A stretch of 63,989 bases of DNA, the filler included, from Catajapyx aquilonaris (lineage: Eukaryota), in assembly GCA_000934665.2 (NCBI GenBank). It is 2 parts of 2 records of this genome, joined end to end, with 100 filler letters (N's around TTAATTAATTAA, not from the genome) between each part and the next. Parts side by side here need not be neighbours in the genome. Positions count along the whole stretch, not along the records: positions 1 to 31,978 come from JYFJ02004461.1; positions 32,079 to 63,989 come from JYFJ02004474.1. One strand, written 5' to 3'. Positions 26,748 through 41,000 of the stretch are shown piece by piece (the first letter of the stretch is position 1; the number at the start of each line of letters is the position of its first letter). The notes under the pieces were generated by a model. The model did no database searches. It was not told where the DNA came from and was given only the letters and a program-made list of their open reading frames with translations. Position numbers and translations under genes: made by a program.

Positions 26748-27804
26748 TAGTATTAGTTATATTAGTCTCGTATATAGGCTACAGCTTATACTTTCCTTCC
26801 TGGCTGATACACCTATTTTCAGCGGATCTACGCCTATATCTTTCAGCAGATACAAGCCTAGGGGTCTCCCGATACGAAAGCGTAGCCGTTCCAAGTATAT
26901 TAGTTAATTTAGATATAATCGCTCGAAGTTTTTTTTGTAGCTTGTTGCGCCCCTAATCAGATGCCATATTCTATATAAACTGCCATAACCACCTGGAGCA
27001 CAGCTAGCTACACAAAAATAACTACTTTGGGAAATAATAGCGATAACTACATGTGACCCACGGACTTGGAACACAATATATAAGCGCAAAGGGTGTCTAA
27101 TAAATTTTCAGAATATATATTAACACTTTAGTTACATTATGTATTGTATATAGCTACTTATACATGGCGTTCCGGGCGATAGCAGTTATAAAGAAGTGAC
27201 CCAAATACTTAGAACATCCTGTATAGTGCATGACATTCCCCGTATTCACGATATAAGGTTAAGTTGGCAGTTTCGTAGGTAGATGGCGTTGGTGGTGAGG
27301 CGGACCTGGGAGGAGTCTACCTGCTTTGTGACCAGCCTATGTGGAGGCTAGTCCTAATAAAACAGGTTTCCTGCAACTGGCACTTGAACCACGACCAGGG
27401 AGGTCAACTACCACACCTTTCAGGCCATGTATGACCACATACGAGCCCAAAAAGTCACAACTGTCCATTTCCACCTAATAACAGTGTTAACTGCTGGAAT
27501 CGCAATTAAAATAAATTAATTGACGACTTCGCTGAAGCGTTACAGAAATACGAGGGCTTTAAAATATTATATTCGGGTAATTAGCATAATGAATGTTAAT
27601 TGTATTATGTCAAAACTTGGGTTAATTAATGTCACTATGGACTGTGCGATTGCATTGATATACGCCCCTCCCCGTCCCGCATAATCAACATTGTTGCATT
27701 ACACCATACCAGGCGAGCTGATGGCCCACATTGATTCCCGACACTCCGGATTGATTCCCAACCAAAAGTGGGGGGTCAAATGACGTCCTCTGGGACACTC
27801 ACTT

Positions 27805-28860
27805 TGTCAGACTACTTCTAGTCAGCTGACTACATGTGCTAGTCATTTGACTTCACAATACACGGGAACGTTTGAATATTGACTAGTACAGGTAGTTCAC
27901 TGACTACACATGTAGTCATAATAGTCATACGTAGCCATATGGTCATTATGTAGCCATTACAAAGTAGTCATGTAGTCATCTGACAACAAGTGCAGTCATG
28001 TCATTTGAACACGTGTAGTCATGTAGTCATGTCATTTGACTACACGTGTAGCCATCTAGTCATCTGACAACAAGTGCAGTCATGTCATTTGACTACACGT
28101 GTAGTCATGTCATTTGACTACACGTGTAGCCATCTGAATACAAGTGCAGTCATGTCATTTGACTACACGTGTAGCCATCTCACTACAAGAGTGCAGTCAT
28201 GTCATTTGACTACACGTGTAGTCATTCAGTCATCTGACTACACGTATAGTCATTATGTAATCAATATAGTCATACTTACTCATAGTCATACTTAGTCATT
28301 ACGTAGTCATACGTAGTCATTACGTAGTCATACGTATGTAGTCATTATGTAGTCATACTTACTCATAGTCATACTTAGTCATTACGTAGTCATACGTAGT
28401 CATTACGTAGTCATACGTATGTAGTCATTATGTAGTCATACGTATGTAGTCATTATGTAGTAATTTGATTACATGTGCAGTCATCTGAATACACGTGTAG
28501 TCACATGATTACACAATGATTACACAATGACTACACGTATATTCAGATGCATTTGTAATCAAATGACACTACATGACTGTGTGACTACACGTGCAATCAT
28601 TGTGTAGTCATTATGCAATCATTGTGTAGTCATTTGACTACCGTGTAATCATTACGTAGTCATTTGGCTACACGGTAATCATTGTGTAGTCATTTGACTA
28701 CACGTGCAATCATCGTGTAGTCATTTGACTACCCGTGTAATCATTATGTAGTCATTTGACTACACATGTCATCATTATGTAGTCATTTGACTAGACGTGC
28801 AAGTACACCTGCACACGTGCACACGTGTAACATTACGTAGTCATTAGGCTACAACACGTG
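27805..28860. repeat. GTAGTCAT / TGACTACAC satellite
   Basis: About 1 kb of GTAGTCATTTGACTACACGT variants. Confidence 0.9.
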
Positions 28861-29448
28861 TGAGTTGATTCCCTATGCTAATGAATCCTCTTCCCACTGT
28901 TCAATCCCAGTAATTAAAACCCGGTTAAGACGTCCCCATGCTTGATTATCACGCCTGAGCTTCCTTTTCTTTAATTAGCAAAGAGCACCTTCTCTTCCAC
29001 GTGCGTAACACCTGCGGCCCTTGAAGGTGATAACACCAAGAGGGTCCTTCCTGACATACTTATCTCACAGCTCGTAAATCTTTTTCTCTCTCTCTCTCCC
29101 TCTCCCCCCCCCTCTCTCCAAGCTTCCAACTTTAGAGGGAAGCAGCCATCTAAGAAGTACAACTAGTTGAGCCAACACCCATAGGGTTGAGTAATTACTA
29201 AAAGGGTGGTCAATAATGTAGATTGGTCCTTTTCGATTGGGGTTGTCCAACCACCAGTGTGGTTGGATGTCATTGGCTGAGATGGGAATCCTGATGAATT
29301 ATCCAAACGGCGGTTGTGCTTCCTAATAATATCGATTCTCGATACGTACACAATCGGACGAAGGAAGAGGAATTCCCTGGTGGTGCCTAGAGGGGAGACT
29401 CTTCAGTTACGGTATGTACCTTCAGCGTGTACCGGACAAGTGGGCTCT

Positions 29449-30290
29449 GGTCAGGATCTGGTCTGTCTCTAAAGCTGCATTGCTGCTGTCAGATGTGAGA
29501 AGACCGTAACTCAAACCAGATTGGCAAATCACGTGAGCGTGATTAGAGTATACTTTTTCAGGTTTACCGCTATTGTCCCCAACGTCCGTCACGGTACTGG
29601 GAGGGGGAAAGGGTGATCTGGGGGAGCGGGTGGCTGGGTGGAGGGAGCAGCCAGGGGGAAGGGGCGGATAGAGTGAACCCGGAACCCGAAAGTCGAGAAA
29701 AAAGTCTTATAGCACGGCTCTGTCTGTCTGTCTGGTCTGGGAGGAATGGGCGGTCAGGGGTATGGGTGGTTGGGGATGGGAAAGCTCTGTCTGTCTGTCT
29801 GTCTGTGGACATGTATCAGACAGACAGAGCCGTGGTATAAGACATTTTCTTGGAAAAAATCTAACACTAGTAAGGGTCAGGATCTGGTCTGTTCTAAAGC
29901 ATTGCTGCTGTCAGATGTAAGAAGACCGTAACTCAAACCAGATTGGCAAATCACGTGAGCGTGATTAGAGTAGACTTTTTCATGTTTACTGCTATTGTCC
30001 CCAACGCGGTCCGTCACGGTACTGGTAGAGGGAAAGGGTGATCTGGGGAGGGGGCGGAGGGGCGGAGGGGTGGAGGGAGCAGCCAGGGTGAAGGGACGGA
30101 TAGAGTGAATCCGGAACCCGAAAATCAAAAAAAGTCTTATAGCACGGCTCTGTCTGGTCTGCGGGAATGGGCGGTCAGGGGGAGGGGGTGGTGGGGAATG
30201 CTCTGTCTGTCTGTCTGTGGACAGGTATCAGACAGATAGAGCCGTGCTATAAGACTTTTTCTTCGAAAAAGTCTAAAACTAGTAAGGGTT
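29449..30290 (+). repeat. Tandem duplication of a ~425-bp unit with internal inverted arms
   Basis: GGTCAGGATCTGGTCTG...CTAGTAAGGGT occurs at 29449-29878 and 29875-30289. Each unit contains AAGTCTTATAGCACGGCTCTGTCTG paired with CAGACAGAGCCGTG..ATAAGAC. 30364-30410 inverts the start of the unit. Confidence 0.8.
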
Positions 30291-30544
30291 AAAGTCGCAT
30301 GGATATGACTTGCACTAATCCCCCCTGACTCAGGGGATTAGTGAAGGGCGTGCATGCTACTTTCACCCTTACTCGTTCTTGAATTACGGTCTTCTTACAT
30401 CTGACGGCAAATTGGTCTGAAGTCATCTCGGACGTTGAATCACCTGATACTAATCGGCTATGTCTGTCTGTCTGTTTGTCCGGGGTGAGTCATCACCTCA
30501 ACACAGCCATAGTAGCACGACCCTGATAGTGACATGAGTATGAT

Positions 30545-31225
30545 GCGCCATCTATGCGAGGGATATACGTTGTCTGAAGACGGACCCGGGTAGAGGCTAC
30601 TTGCTTTGTTGACAGTCGTGTGACGGCCTGATTCGAAACACTTTTTTGACAGATTTGCCAGTAGATGGCGTGGATGTCTGACGTGCGCCTGGGTAGAGGC
30701 GACCCGTTTTGTCAACAGTCGTGAGACGGCCCTACTCTAGACACTTTCTTGCTAGGTTTGCCAGTAGATGGCGTGGAAAGCTGAGGCGCACTGGGTAGAA
30801 CCGCACATGGATAAATGAGCACCTGGGTAGAGGCTACCTGCTTTGTCAATAGCCGTGTGACGGCCTAACTCACGAGAAAGCCGTGCCAGGAGATGGCGTG
30901 GATATCTCAGGCGCACTAGGTAGACTACCCGCTTTGTCAACAGTCGTGAGACGGCGCTACTCGAGACACTTCTTGAAAGTTTTTCCAGTAGATAGTGTGG
31001 ATTCGAACGTTGTCTGAAGGCGGACCTGGGTAGAGGCTACCTGCATTGTCAACAGTCGTGTGACGGCCTAACTCACGAGAAAGTTTTGCCAGTAGATGGC
31101 GTGGATATCTGAGGCGCACTAGGTAGAGGCGCACCTGGGTATAGACGCACCTGGGTAGAGACGCACCTGGATAGAGTGGCCTACCTGCTTTTCAATAGTC
31201 GTGTAACGGCCCAACTCACGGCATA
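30545..31225 (+). repeat. Tandem array of ~100-125-bp units containing GCCAGTAGATGGCG
   Basis: Repeated CCTGGGTAGAGGCTACCTGCTTTGTCAACAGTCGTG(T/A)GACGGCC...CCAGTAGATGGCGTGGA. Confidence 0.85.
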
Positions 31226-31978
31226 ATGCGAGAAAGTGTCCATAATAATCTAATCGGACTTGTCCCGTCAGCCACGTGCTTGTTGACCTCCTTATCATCC
31301 GTGACGACATTTCCATTCCAAAAAATTAGATCCAATCTCTAACATAGATCCGGTTTTTTCTCCCTTTTCAGGGGGGACGCCTTGATTGCGTTCGTTTTCC
31401 AGGGATTAAAATGGACGTAGACGTGTCAGTCAGGACGTCGAGGACACTTAGCCTAAAATTTTCTAGTCTTATCAGCGCCCCCTACTTTAACCGAAGGCGG
31501 CCATTTTGGAGGATTGAAAGTGGCAGGGAAAATGGCTTGGATATCCCATTCCACGTGGAGGGTTGTTATCCGTTCTTTTTACATGTGAACGTAAAAATGT
31601 CTGTCGTTTCGTTGGTTGATCTCTGATTCATTACTAGAGGGTTCATTTCAATATCGGGATCAAATGGAATTGCTTCAGAGATGAGTAGGGTTTGACGGTC
31701 GTATAGGATTGGTTTGATACTATCGATCAGTGGGATTTTAAGCTGGATTTTTTGGGAGGGGATTTGTAAATATGGGGGTTGTTCGGAGGGTTGTCGGTAT
31801 AGGGATGGATGATGTCTGTTGAATGCATGGTTTTAGAAGATAGGTCACTCCCACCCACCCCCTGCCGAGGCGTTTTGCAGCGGGTGCTCACCTGAGAGCG
31901 CCATGAGACATTTCCCAGAGCAATTATGTGGCGACCCTACCGGACTAGGCTGAACTTAATAGGTACAAAAGGGAAGCG

Positions 31979-32078
31979 NNNNNNNNNNNNNNNNNNNNNN
32001 NNNNNNNNNNNNNNNNNNNNNNTTAATTAATTAANNNNNNNNNNNNNNNNNNNNNNNNNNNNNNNNNNNNNNNNNNNN
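31979..32078. other. Artificial contig-join spacer / assembly gap
   Basis: 44 N + TTAATTAATTAA (stop codons in all six frames) + 44 N = exactly 100 bp. Confidence 0.95.
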
Positions 32079-35000
32079 GTAAATTCTTGTTCTTGATTAG
32101 CTTTTGAATAATTGTGGATGATGAGATACATTGGCGCGGGGCCTTTATGGTCGGGTCGCCGTAACTCTGACACAGTAGGGTCAAATAAAAGATAACTAAG
32201 GAACGAGCCAAATGAGCCAATGGATTCAGATTGAATCATAGGTTTTGTATAGCACTACAACAGTCATGGTCATCCTGCGCCAGAAAGTTATGTTGTGAAG
32301 GCCATACAAATCCTTGCCAGTTCTATGTTCCATTGACGAGGCAGAGAATCGGAAAACTTATACAAACGCATAGTACTGAGGAGATATTTAATTTCCTTAT
32401 AATTATGGTCAAGTGTGTACGTTCACATTGTTCCATTACATCATGGATAGCATAGAAAGAAAGTACAGTGTGCAACAGATTTCATTATAGCACACTGTAA
32501 TGATATGACACATAATATTCACAGTAGTGCCAGCTTACGGTCGATACAATCTATAAAATCACATCTAATCACCAGGCATTTCCCACAAATTTGGAAGTAT
32601 TAGCATCCATGAAATAGCCCAGTCAACCACAATAATTGCACAATTCACCATTGTCGTTTTCAACATGGATGGTGACGAAGTTTCCAGGCTGGACAGGTCA
32701 TGACACAAACGGAAGCGAGTCACGGTCACATAATATTATTATACCATTTGACGAAGCAGATGATTCACATGATCAAGTCGCGGTACTTGTAATAACAAAC
32801 CCACACAAAATCTGTAAGCAGTTATATTCAATCCAATCATCCGATAGGACAGACCATAATTGGAAAGTCATATAATCACCGTCTACATCACATCGACAAG
32901 GTGTAATCACAGTGTTATTTGTCAAAGAAATGAAACAGGACCACAAATAACATCAATGAACTTATGAACCAACTGAAGAAACGCATATCGTCCCGCTTCG
33001 GTAACGATGGTTGCTTTAAAGAATCCCACAAACACAAAAACCATCATTTGTATGACCGATAAGAGGTCGATAGTAACAACAGTGAATCACTAAGGCTACG
33101 ACGTGCAATGATTTACCCAGAGGAATTGACAGCTTCTTGTGATTCAAATAACGATATTTCCTGGCCGAGATCATCTGATAAACGGGCCAAGTGGCTTCTG
33201 AGATAACAAAACACCCAGATGATCGCTAAAACCGGAAAAGACGAAAGCCAAAGAACGACCAAAGCAGAGAACAGATTTGATTGATTCAATGGACGTCTAG
33301 TGGTGCCTTAGAAATACGCATGTACACAGATTCATCACTACAGTTACAGTATTTATCTTCGCCAACGACAAGCACATGAGAAAATCCACCCCATGCATGG
33401 ATGGGTCAATGAACGCATCTGAACCTAAAGTATACGGCGTGAACAAAGCTTTTCCTCAATTGCAGTAACATCCTTTGGAGATTCACTCTGATTACATCAC
33501 ATATGATTACACATTTGATGATATTACCATTATTGTTCATAATGTCACCAAGATATTTAATTTGATGATAATGATGATGATAATTCATTCAACTCACGGC
33601 ATACTCCCATCAAGAATGGGGTTACCAGCGATGACCAGGTACAATCCACCTGGCCATCTAGTACGACCAGTATAATGCATCATCTGGTGACTGGTCAGGC
33701 CACGCAAAGGATGTAATGGGAATGGCAATAAGGACAAGTCTATGCCACGCAAGATACTTGGTACGAAATTGAGAGGTGAGGAAGAGGCTGCATTGGAGCA
33801 AGGTCCGCAATGCATTTCAATCATTGAACCACAATGATATTTTACTGCATAATTTTTCCACCAAGAGGACCAAGAGGATACAGTTGGCGCCCCCTCGCAC
33901 TATGACTGCCCAGGAGTGGTTGAGAGCAAATTCCAACCAAAATATCACGTTTTCTCAGACTCATCTGATGAGAAAATCGAAAGATATAATGATTTACACG
34001 AACAGTTAAGTATGATTTTAGCAATACCACCGAAAGAAAAGGTGCTGCACGGACATGGACAGAAGGAATGACTGTCCTAAAAATCGAGGGGGGAAAAAAA
34101 GAAAGAGGGGAATCCCTTGGAAATAATTACATGCGCGAATTAGGACACATGCGAAACCTAAATCGCCTCGGGCCGAGTTCCGAATGCACGTGGTTTAAAA
34201 TAAAGCAGCATGCAACATAATTAGAATTTTTCCTAAGGATAACCATTTTAAAATGTTGGTCTTTTCGTACCTGGAAAATTTCATGATGATACCTACAACA
34301 CTAATCTTGGAGACGTACATAGCAGCGAGGATGACGCCGGAGTGCTTATATCAATAGTGCAGGCATCATACACTATTATTCACATCCCGGTGACACGATT
34401 CTTACTGGAATTACCACCCACGTTACAGGAACACACATGATCATTCCGATCAGCTAGGGACATCCAGGTTATCATCATGTTTTATCATTATTATCGACAT
34501 GCATGGGAATGACAAGTTTTCACATTACAAATCCTCCAACATGAATACATTGGACATCAGCTCCAGTTAAGCAATTCCTGAAGCGACTGATTTTCAGATA
34601 ACAAATCCTCAATTGGATCCATCTGGACAGTCGGTTGTTAGTGGGACGGATTCATTCCAATATAAAGATGGAGGAGGAATACAGGTCTCGTCAAGACTAA
34701 GTCAACAAAGGCTGAAACATTTTTTTCATAACGTGAATGACACTCAAATGGAGCAGAGTAACATGTTATGAACGATCTGAAAATGATCCTCAACACCATA
34801 CACTTTGAAGCAAAATATATTACGAGCATGTTACGTATTCAGTTCTATTAGAAAGAAATGGCCTAAATACGATGCATCAAATCGCATAAAGAATACATTA
34901 ACAGAATCACATATTTGTATTCTAGACATCATTCGATTAGAGTCCAATATATTTATATCAATGGCCAAAAATGCTTTCAATTATGTCGGCATTTGTATTA

Positions 35001-38000
35001 CCAAGGTCAAAGAATATGTACATATCATACATAAATGGTGCTGATGTACTTTTTAATTAATAATATTTATGCCGAATGGCCATTGCGCTGTCTTCCACTC
35101 ATGTGGGCTGTAGGTGCTATCATTTCTGTTACACTATACTGTACATGTAACGCGTAATTGTGTAGACAGCATTTTAGCTAGTGCATCTACGGGCACTCAA
35201 GGTATTTTCGACCTGAAAGTTTCGTTTTACACGGAACGCCGCACTACTTTTAGGACAAAGAGAATTTGTAATGAAGGTGGTAGAAGGTGTCAGGTGACAG
35301 GCTAGTGTCTGGGAAAATTCAAAGAGTGTATCCTCACAATTCGGAGATGAAAAGCACCTCTAAAAAATTTGTATGGTACCAGTACAGCATTATTTTTTTG
35401 ATGCTTTGGAGATAAATTAACTTCAATTACACTTCCAACCTGCATCTCACTCCCAAGCACATCATTGTACAGGCCATCTGCAATGACACTGCTGCAGTCC
35501 AGGGCCATTATGTCTTCCTCCAGCGTCCAGCGAACAATATCCCCTACCATTGATATCCTTAGTGAAGTATCAATGCCGAACAAAGGTAGTGTGTCTCTTA
35601 GCTCTTCTTTTTGAGTTTTAAGAAATGTCATCGTACGAAAACAGCGCCAAATAATTCAATACTTTTAACTCTGTGCAGTATTCTCATATTAAGTTACTGT
35701 ATTTATACCGATATAACGTCTTCATCCCAGCTAGTGACAGCGCAATTATTACTTTGATTGCACTGTGGAGAAATGATGGTGCAACCTAGAGAGATCGTAT
35801 AGCGACTTGAGAGAGGTCACTTGATGGGAGTGTGGAAGAAGCAGTTAGCCTCTTTATTCCTTATTATATATTGAAGCTAGCAGTCTTATGTTCACCACAA
35901 ATCCTAAAGGAGGGGGCGTTAAGAGATCCCAATTCTCAAGGAGGAGCCATAACGTATTCTCGATTTAGCAGTGAGGCAGTGAGAAGCTGAAGCTGCAGCT
36001 CATGGCGCACAGGGACATGATCCTGCAAACGCTGGCGGGGAAGAGGATAACTAGTTGGGTGTTTCGAAGATTTCGTAGCACACATGGCTAAGAAACTCAA
36101 GGTTGCCCAACGGCTAGTTATGGTGAAGGTGAAAAACGCCTTGGACTGTTGACGCCAAAGTACGACCTTCACTTCAAGAGGTCACTAGAAAGTGCTAGCC
36201 ATACCGCCCACTGCTCCTAGCCACTCTTGCAGCATCGTGCTCAATGGAACAAGTAGTCCAACATGCATCATGTTAGCAAACCCACTGTGAGGTTGAGAAG
36301 GTTGTGCGTAGCGCTGCCAACAGTCAACTTGTCATAAATAATTAAAAAGGGGTACTTCAAGATGGCGAAATAGCCCATCACCAACGCCACGCAGAGGACA
36401 CAGACATAACAACATATATCACTATACATGCAAGTTTTAAAATAAATTAATAACAGAAATTCCCACACAAAAGAAGTTACTTGCATGGTTCTGATCCAGT
36501 CACATTTTCAGGAAATACGTGACATGCCACATTGTAAATTGCCAAAAGTAAGGTCTTTCGGTTATAAGGGCCGCAATTGTGGGTGATGGGTCCGTAATGA
36601 TACATTCTCAAGTGTAGTATTGATATTAGAGCAACCCCAACTCCATCCCAGGATCCTCATGATCCGCCAATAAAATCCACTCACACGGGAAGTTAGATGG
36701 GATCTCTTCAAGCATAGACATTGGTCACTTACTGTGTACAAGATAATAACGGTGATTAATTCTTTATAGCTGGCATCGAATGCAGTTAGATCCGTTACAT
36801 CGTTATAAATCAGACTTGAGGTACATGGGAAAATGGCACCACTTATTTGTAGACAAATTTTACTCGTCAAGAAGGCCATTTGGACTTTGAAGATATGGGA
36901 CGCCTGGATATATGAGATGACACAATACAATGAAAATCCTGGCCTATTAACAGAAATTCCAATCGTCCACCCCTTCCGTGACACACTAAAGCACAACTAC
37001 CAGAGCTACTTCGCAGATTGTTGACAGGTTGAAATTCTTGACCATTAAAGGTTGTCTACCATCGAAAGGGACAACAGTGCTTGAAGCAGAATGTCTTTCT
37101 TCATTTGCAACAATAAGAAACCTCGAGTCGAGCCTTGCACTCATTTCCTTGGCACCTCGGATGGTAATATGCTAGACATCGGTCAAATGGTCACCCTTCC
37201 AAAACACTGGGCCTCCAAATGTACAGTCAAGACACTGCCTCGGCTCCCAAGACATAATGTAAAACTGAGCTTCGTTGAAATCACGATCCATAAGTGTATT
37301 GTATTTGCAAATAATCTTTGGTTGATGTTTGTGTTCTTTACTTTTGTTCCCAGAGCTGTGCCCCTAAAAGGGGCCCCCCGCCCTAGAATGAGGTAACATA
37401 AATAAAAATAAATAAAATAAATAAACATGACGCTTCTCAACCGGCGTTGGCATACATTTCATACACGGCGAGAACAAAAAGAACTTCACAGCATCTCACC
37501 TTACAAATGGCACTCATTCAACACTGTAAGAAGAAACATATAACTGGTAAAGGTGAGGATGAAGGAAATGTCATAACAATTGCGATGTACGTCTAACTGA
37601 CATTTCCATTGCCAGCAGCAGGGTTGCAGATTATCCTGCCTTCTACGAACAGCGTTATGCTTTATAAACCCCAGCAGTGGCATTCGAAACTTGACCACCG
37701 CTTAAGCTCCGATATCAACGGACACAATCGAATTAGGCTACCGATTCTGACTCAACTGATGGCCGCTCTCTGCATCCTTGGGACCTACTAATGAACTGAT
37801 TCAGGAAACAAAATGTCAAATCTCGGAACATGCACATAGTACACATCATGAGTATAATTTGCAAATAATTAGCATGCAAGTACCGCAAATAATAATGAGC
37901 ATTTTACAGCTCCAACTAATTGCTGGACATTTAAGGAGCGTAATGGAGCGTTGGCACGAACTCGACAACTACAGACTCGCACAGAATACGCTGCTATTGT

Positions 38001-41000
38001 AGATGAAGGAACCACAGCCTAATGCCAGTAAAGCCAACTGCTGACGGTGATGCTAGTATCTGAAAGTTACAACTATGACAATGACTTTTCTTCGTACATT
38101 CAGCTAGCTGGAAATATTTCATGCTCCTCAAGAAGAATACGATCGTGATGATGAGTCTGCTTCAAGCAACATGGCACAAGCTACGAACACGAGTTCTGTG
38201 GCCCGGGGAAGTAAGAAAAAGCAATCAGCGGTTAGACATGACTATAGGACAGCTGGGTAATGTGTAATTTAGCTGTGTTATGGAGAAATACGTAGATATC
38301 GGACACCAGATATAGCCGAGAATGCGCCTCTGGAAATCCACAAAGAAACTAATTTATAGACATAGACACATTCTAGTTTTAAACTAAATTCTATAATGAT
38401 AATTTACACCAACAAAAATCCCCACACAAAAAATGTTGCATGCATGGTTCTGATCCAGTTACATTTTCAGGAAATGCGTGATATACCACATTGTAAATTG
38501 CCAAAAGTGAGCTCTTTCGGTTAAAAAGGCGGGTAAATTGTGGCGAGCGTCGAGTTGACGGTGGTGAATCCGTAATGATACATTCTCAATTATAGTATTG
38601 ATATTAGAGCAAGCCCAACTCCACAGGATCCACCAATAAAATCCACTCACACTCGAAGTTAGACGGGATCTCTTCACACGTAGACATAAGACATTGGTCA
38701 CTTCCTGTGAACAAGATAATAACGGTGATGTATGGTTAATGGCAACAACACTGTAACTTGTACTAATGCTTTGTAGCTGGCTTCGAATCATTTAGATATG
38801 TTACATGTACGCCTTCAGATATATTATGGAGGGACTTGGGGAGCACGCCCTACGCCAGTTCCAACCATATAATATTCTACGACGCATTGGCAAATAAACA
38901 AAAAGATCAATCAACGCCCTCAGGTAGTATTAACAAATGTGTGCATATCGTTCTGAGTAATCCTAGCGACCAATCTGTCGCTGTCAACTAAACCGTGGCT
39001 TTTGTTTATGAAACCAGAATAAGAACAAGTCAAAAATCATCTAACCCTCAATAAATCAGAGGCATGAGAAGAAAAGCACTAATCGTGTATGAAAACTGTC
39101 ATATTACTTCTTAGGCCCGGTCGAGGTGCCCCATTTCTATATTCCTCTGCAAGCTAAAGGTTCATCGCGTACCGTATATTGTGTGTGCTTCAGATCCAGT
39201 ATCGGGAGGACTCCATACAACGTATAGGGACCTACGTAACAATAAATATACTCAAGTGCCAGTGTTTCAGTGATAAAATCAGTCAATTATCAATAAGCTA
39301 ATAATTCTGAACATGGATATGACTATTAAAAATTATAATCGGTTCAAGTTTCAATGAAACGTACAATTTTCTTAAGAGATAAATTTTTCAGGACTGGTCT
39401 TTTCGTACCAACGAAGGTTTTGGGATTTGAGTTATTTCCCAGAATGTTCCGACGACTTCCGATATTGTGAACCAACCCCAACCAACATGCCCCCGCCATT
39501 ATAGTCGAGAAAAGTGAAACATAATGTAGGTTGAGACCGCAAAAGCTGCGGCTTGTGTCCCCGACACAACCTAATGTAATTTTTTTAAAGAGCTTTGAGT
39601 TCGTCTTGTATAGTGATTCTTAGTTTTTACACCTAGTGAACGTGTAAGTCAGAATAGTGCAGATAACTGATTGCTATCGCTGCAATCAAATGATAGAGAC
39701 AATACAACGTCAAAGGCTAAATATCACGTAGACCCCAACCAGTGATCACCCACAGGCAAGTGAAGAGGGTGGACATCGCTGGTCCAAACGATGACGAATT
39801 GCACTGGATGACGCAGGAGTGTTTATATCAATAGTGCAGGCATCGCATATTATTATCCACACCCCGGCGACATGTTTCTTACTGGCATTACCACCCACGC
39901 TACAAGAACAACCATAAGTCATGAAGATCAGCTAGGGACATCCAGGTGATGATCATGTTGTATCATTATTATCGACATGCATAGGAATGGCAAGTTTTCA
40001 CATTACAAGTTCTTCAACATGACATTCAGCATGTCCAGCCTACCTCAAGAAGTGAGAAGGAAGACACTCACGGTGTCCCCTATAAGAAGAGTACAAGTCC
40101 CATAGCAACACAGGCTCAGCCAACAGACAAATTCAGTAAGGTACCGCACAAAGAAGAATCATGCAGACTACGACGTGCAATGATTCACTCACAGTTTCTT
40201 GTGTTTCAAATAAACAGATTGCACAACTGTTGCTGGCCACCAGAACAGGGGTGATGTATGGACTACCTGGACAGCCGTGTTGAGGTCGAAGCACATTCCG
40301 TAGAAGCCTTTCGTTATAGTTAGATTACCGTACATGTGCAATATTATTAAAATCATATCAGAAATGGTACTCTGGGGAAAGGATTATCCTGTAATCATCA
40401 CTTACTTTAGCATTAGACATTTTGAATCCCACACGTAAATTATTAGTATCATCATTATAATGTATCCATAACACCATTAGGGTGAATTCGAAGGACGTTG
40501 TGTCTGTGTTTCCCTCCACGTCCACCTTGCTCTCCCTCCGCACTGCGCAGACCTCTTCTCCCTTTCTGCATCCGTCCCTCCCCCGTGACCAGATGACCCC
40601 TCTGTCCCATCAGGAACAGAATACATTGAGAAAGACTGATCAACGGCCAGCCACCATCATTGGTTGCCGACATCGACAGTTGTCTCTGGAGAAGCGAACA
40701 GGTAAGATTAAATTAAATAAATACTGCATAATACCAGGAGCGATAATACACGTATTGCGACTATTTCATATAACAATATTGACATTGACGAATGAAAATG
40801 AGGAAGCATCAGAGCTCCAACAATGTTTGGATGGAAAACTGGTGATACAGTATTTCATTTGACATTTGCTTAGCATTTTTTTCAACAATACTCAGCACCA
40901 TCATGAACCGGACGAATACGAGACGTACTTATGCCTAACTATGCATAACTAATGTGATCTTACCTACTCTCAGATCATGCTATGGAAATTGTTTTTTTTG

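Noticed and set aside
32023..32034. TTAATTAATTAA palindrome
   Set aside because: Synthetic six-frame-stop linker centred in a 100-bp N spacer, not biological.
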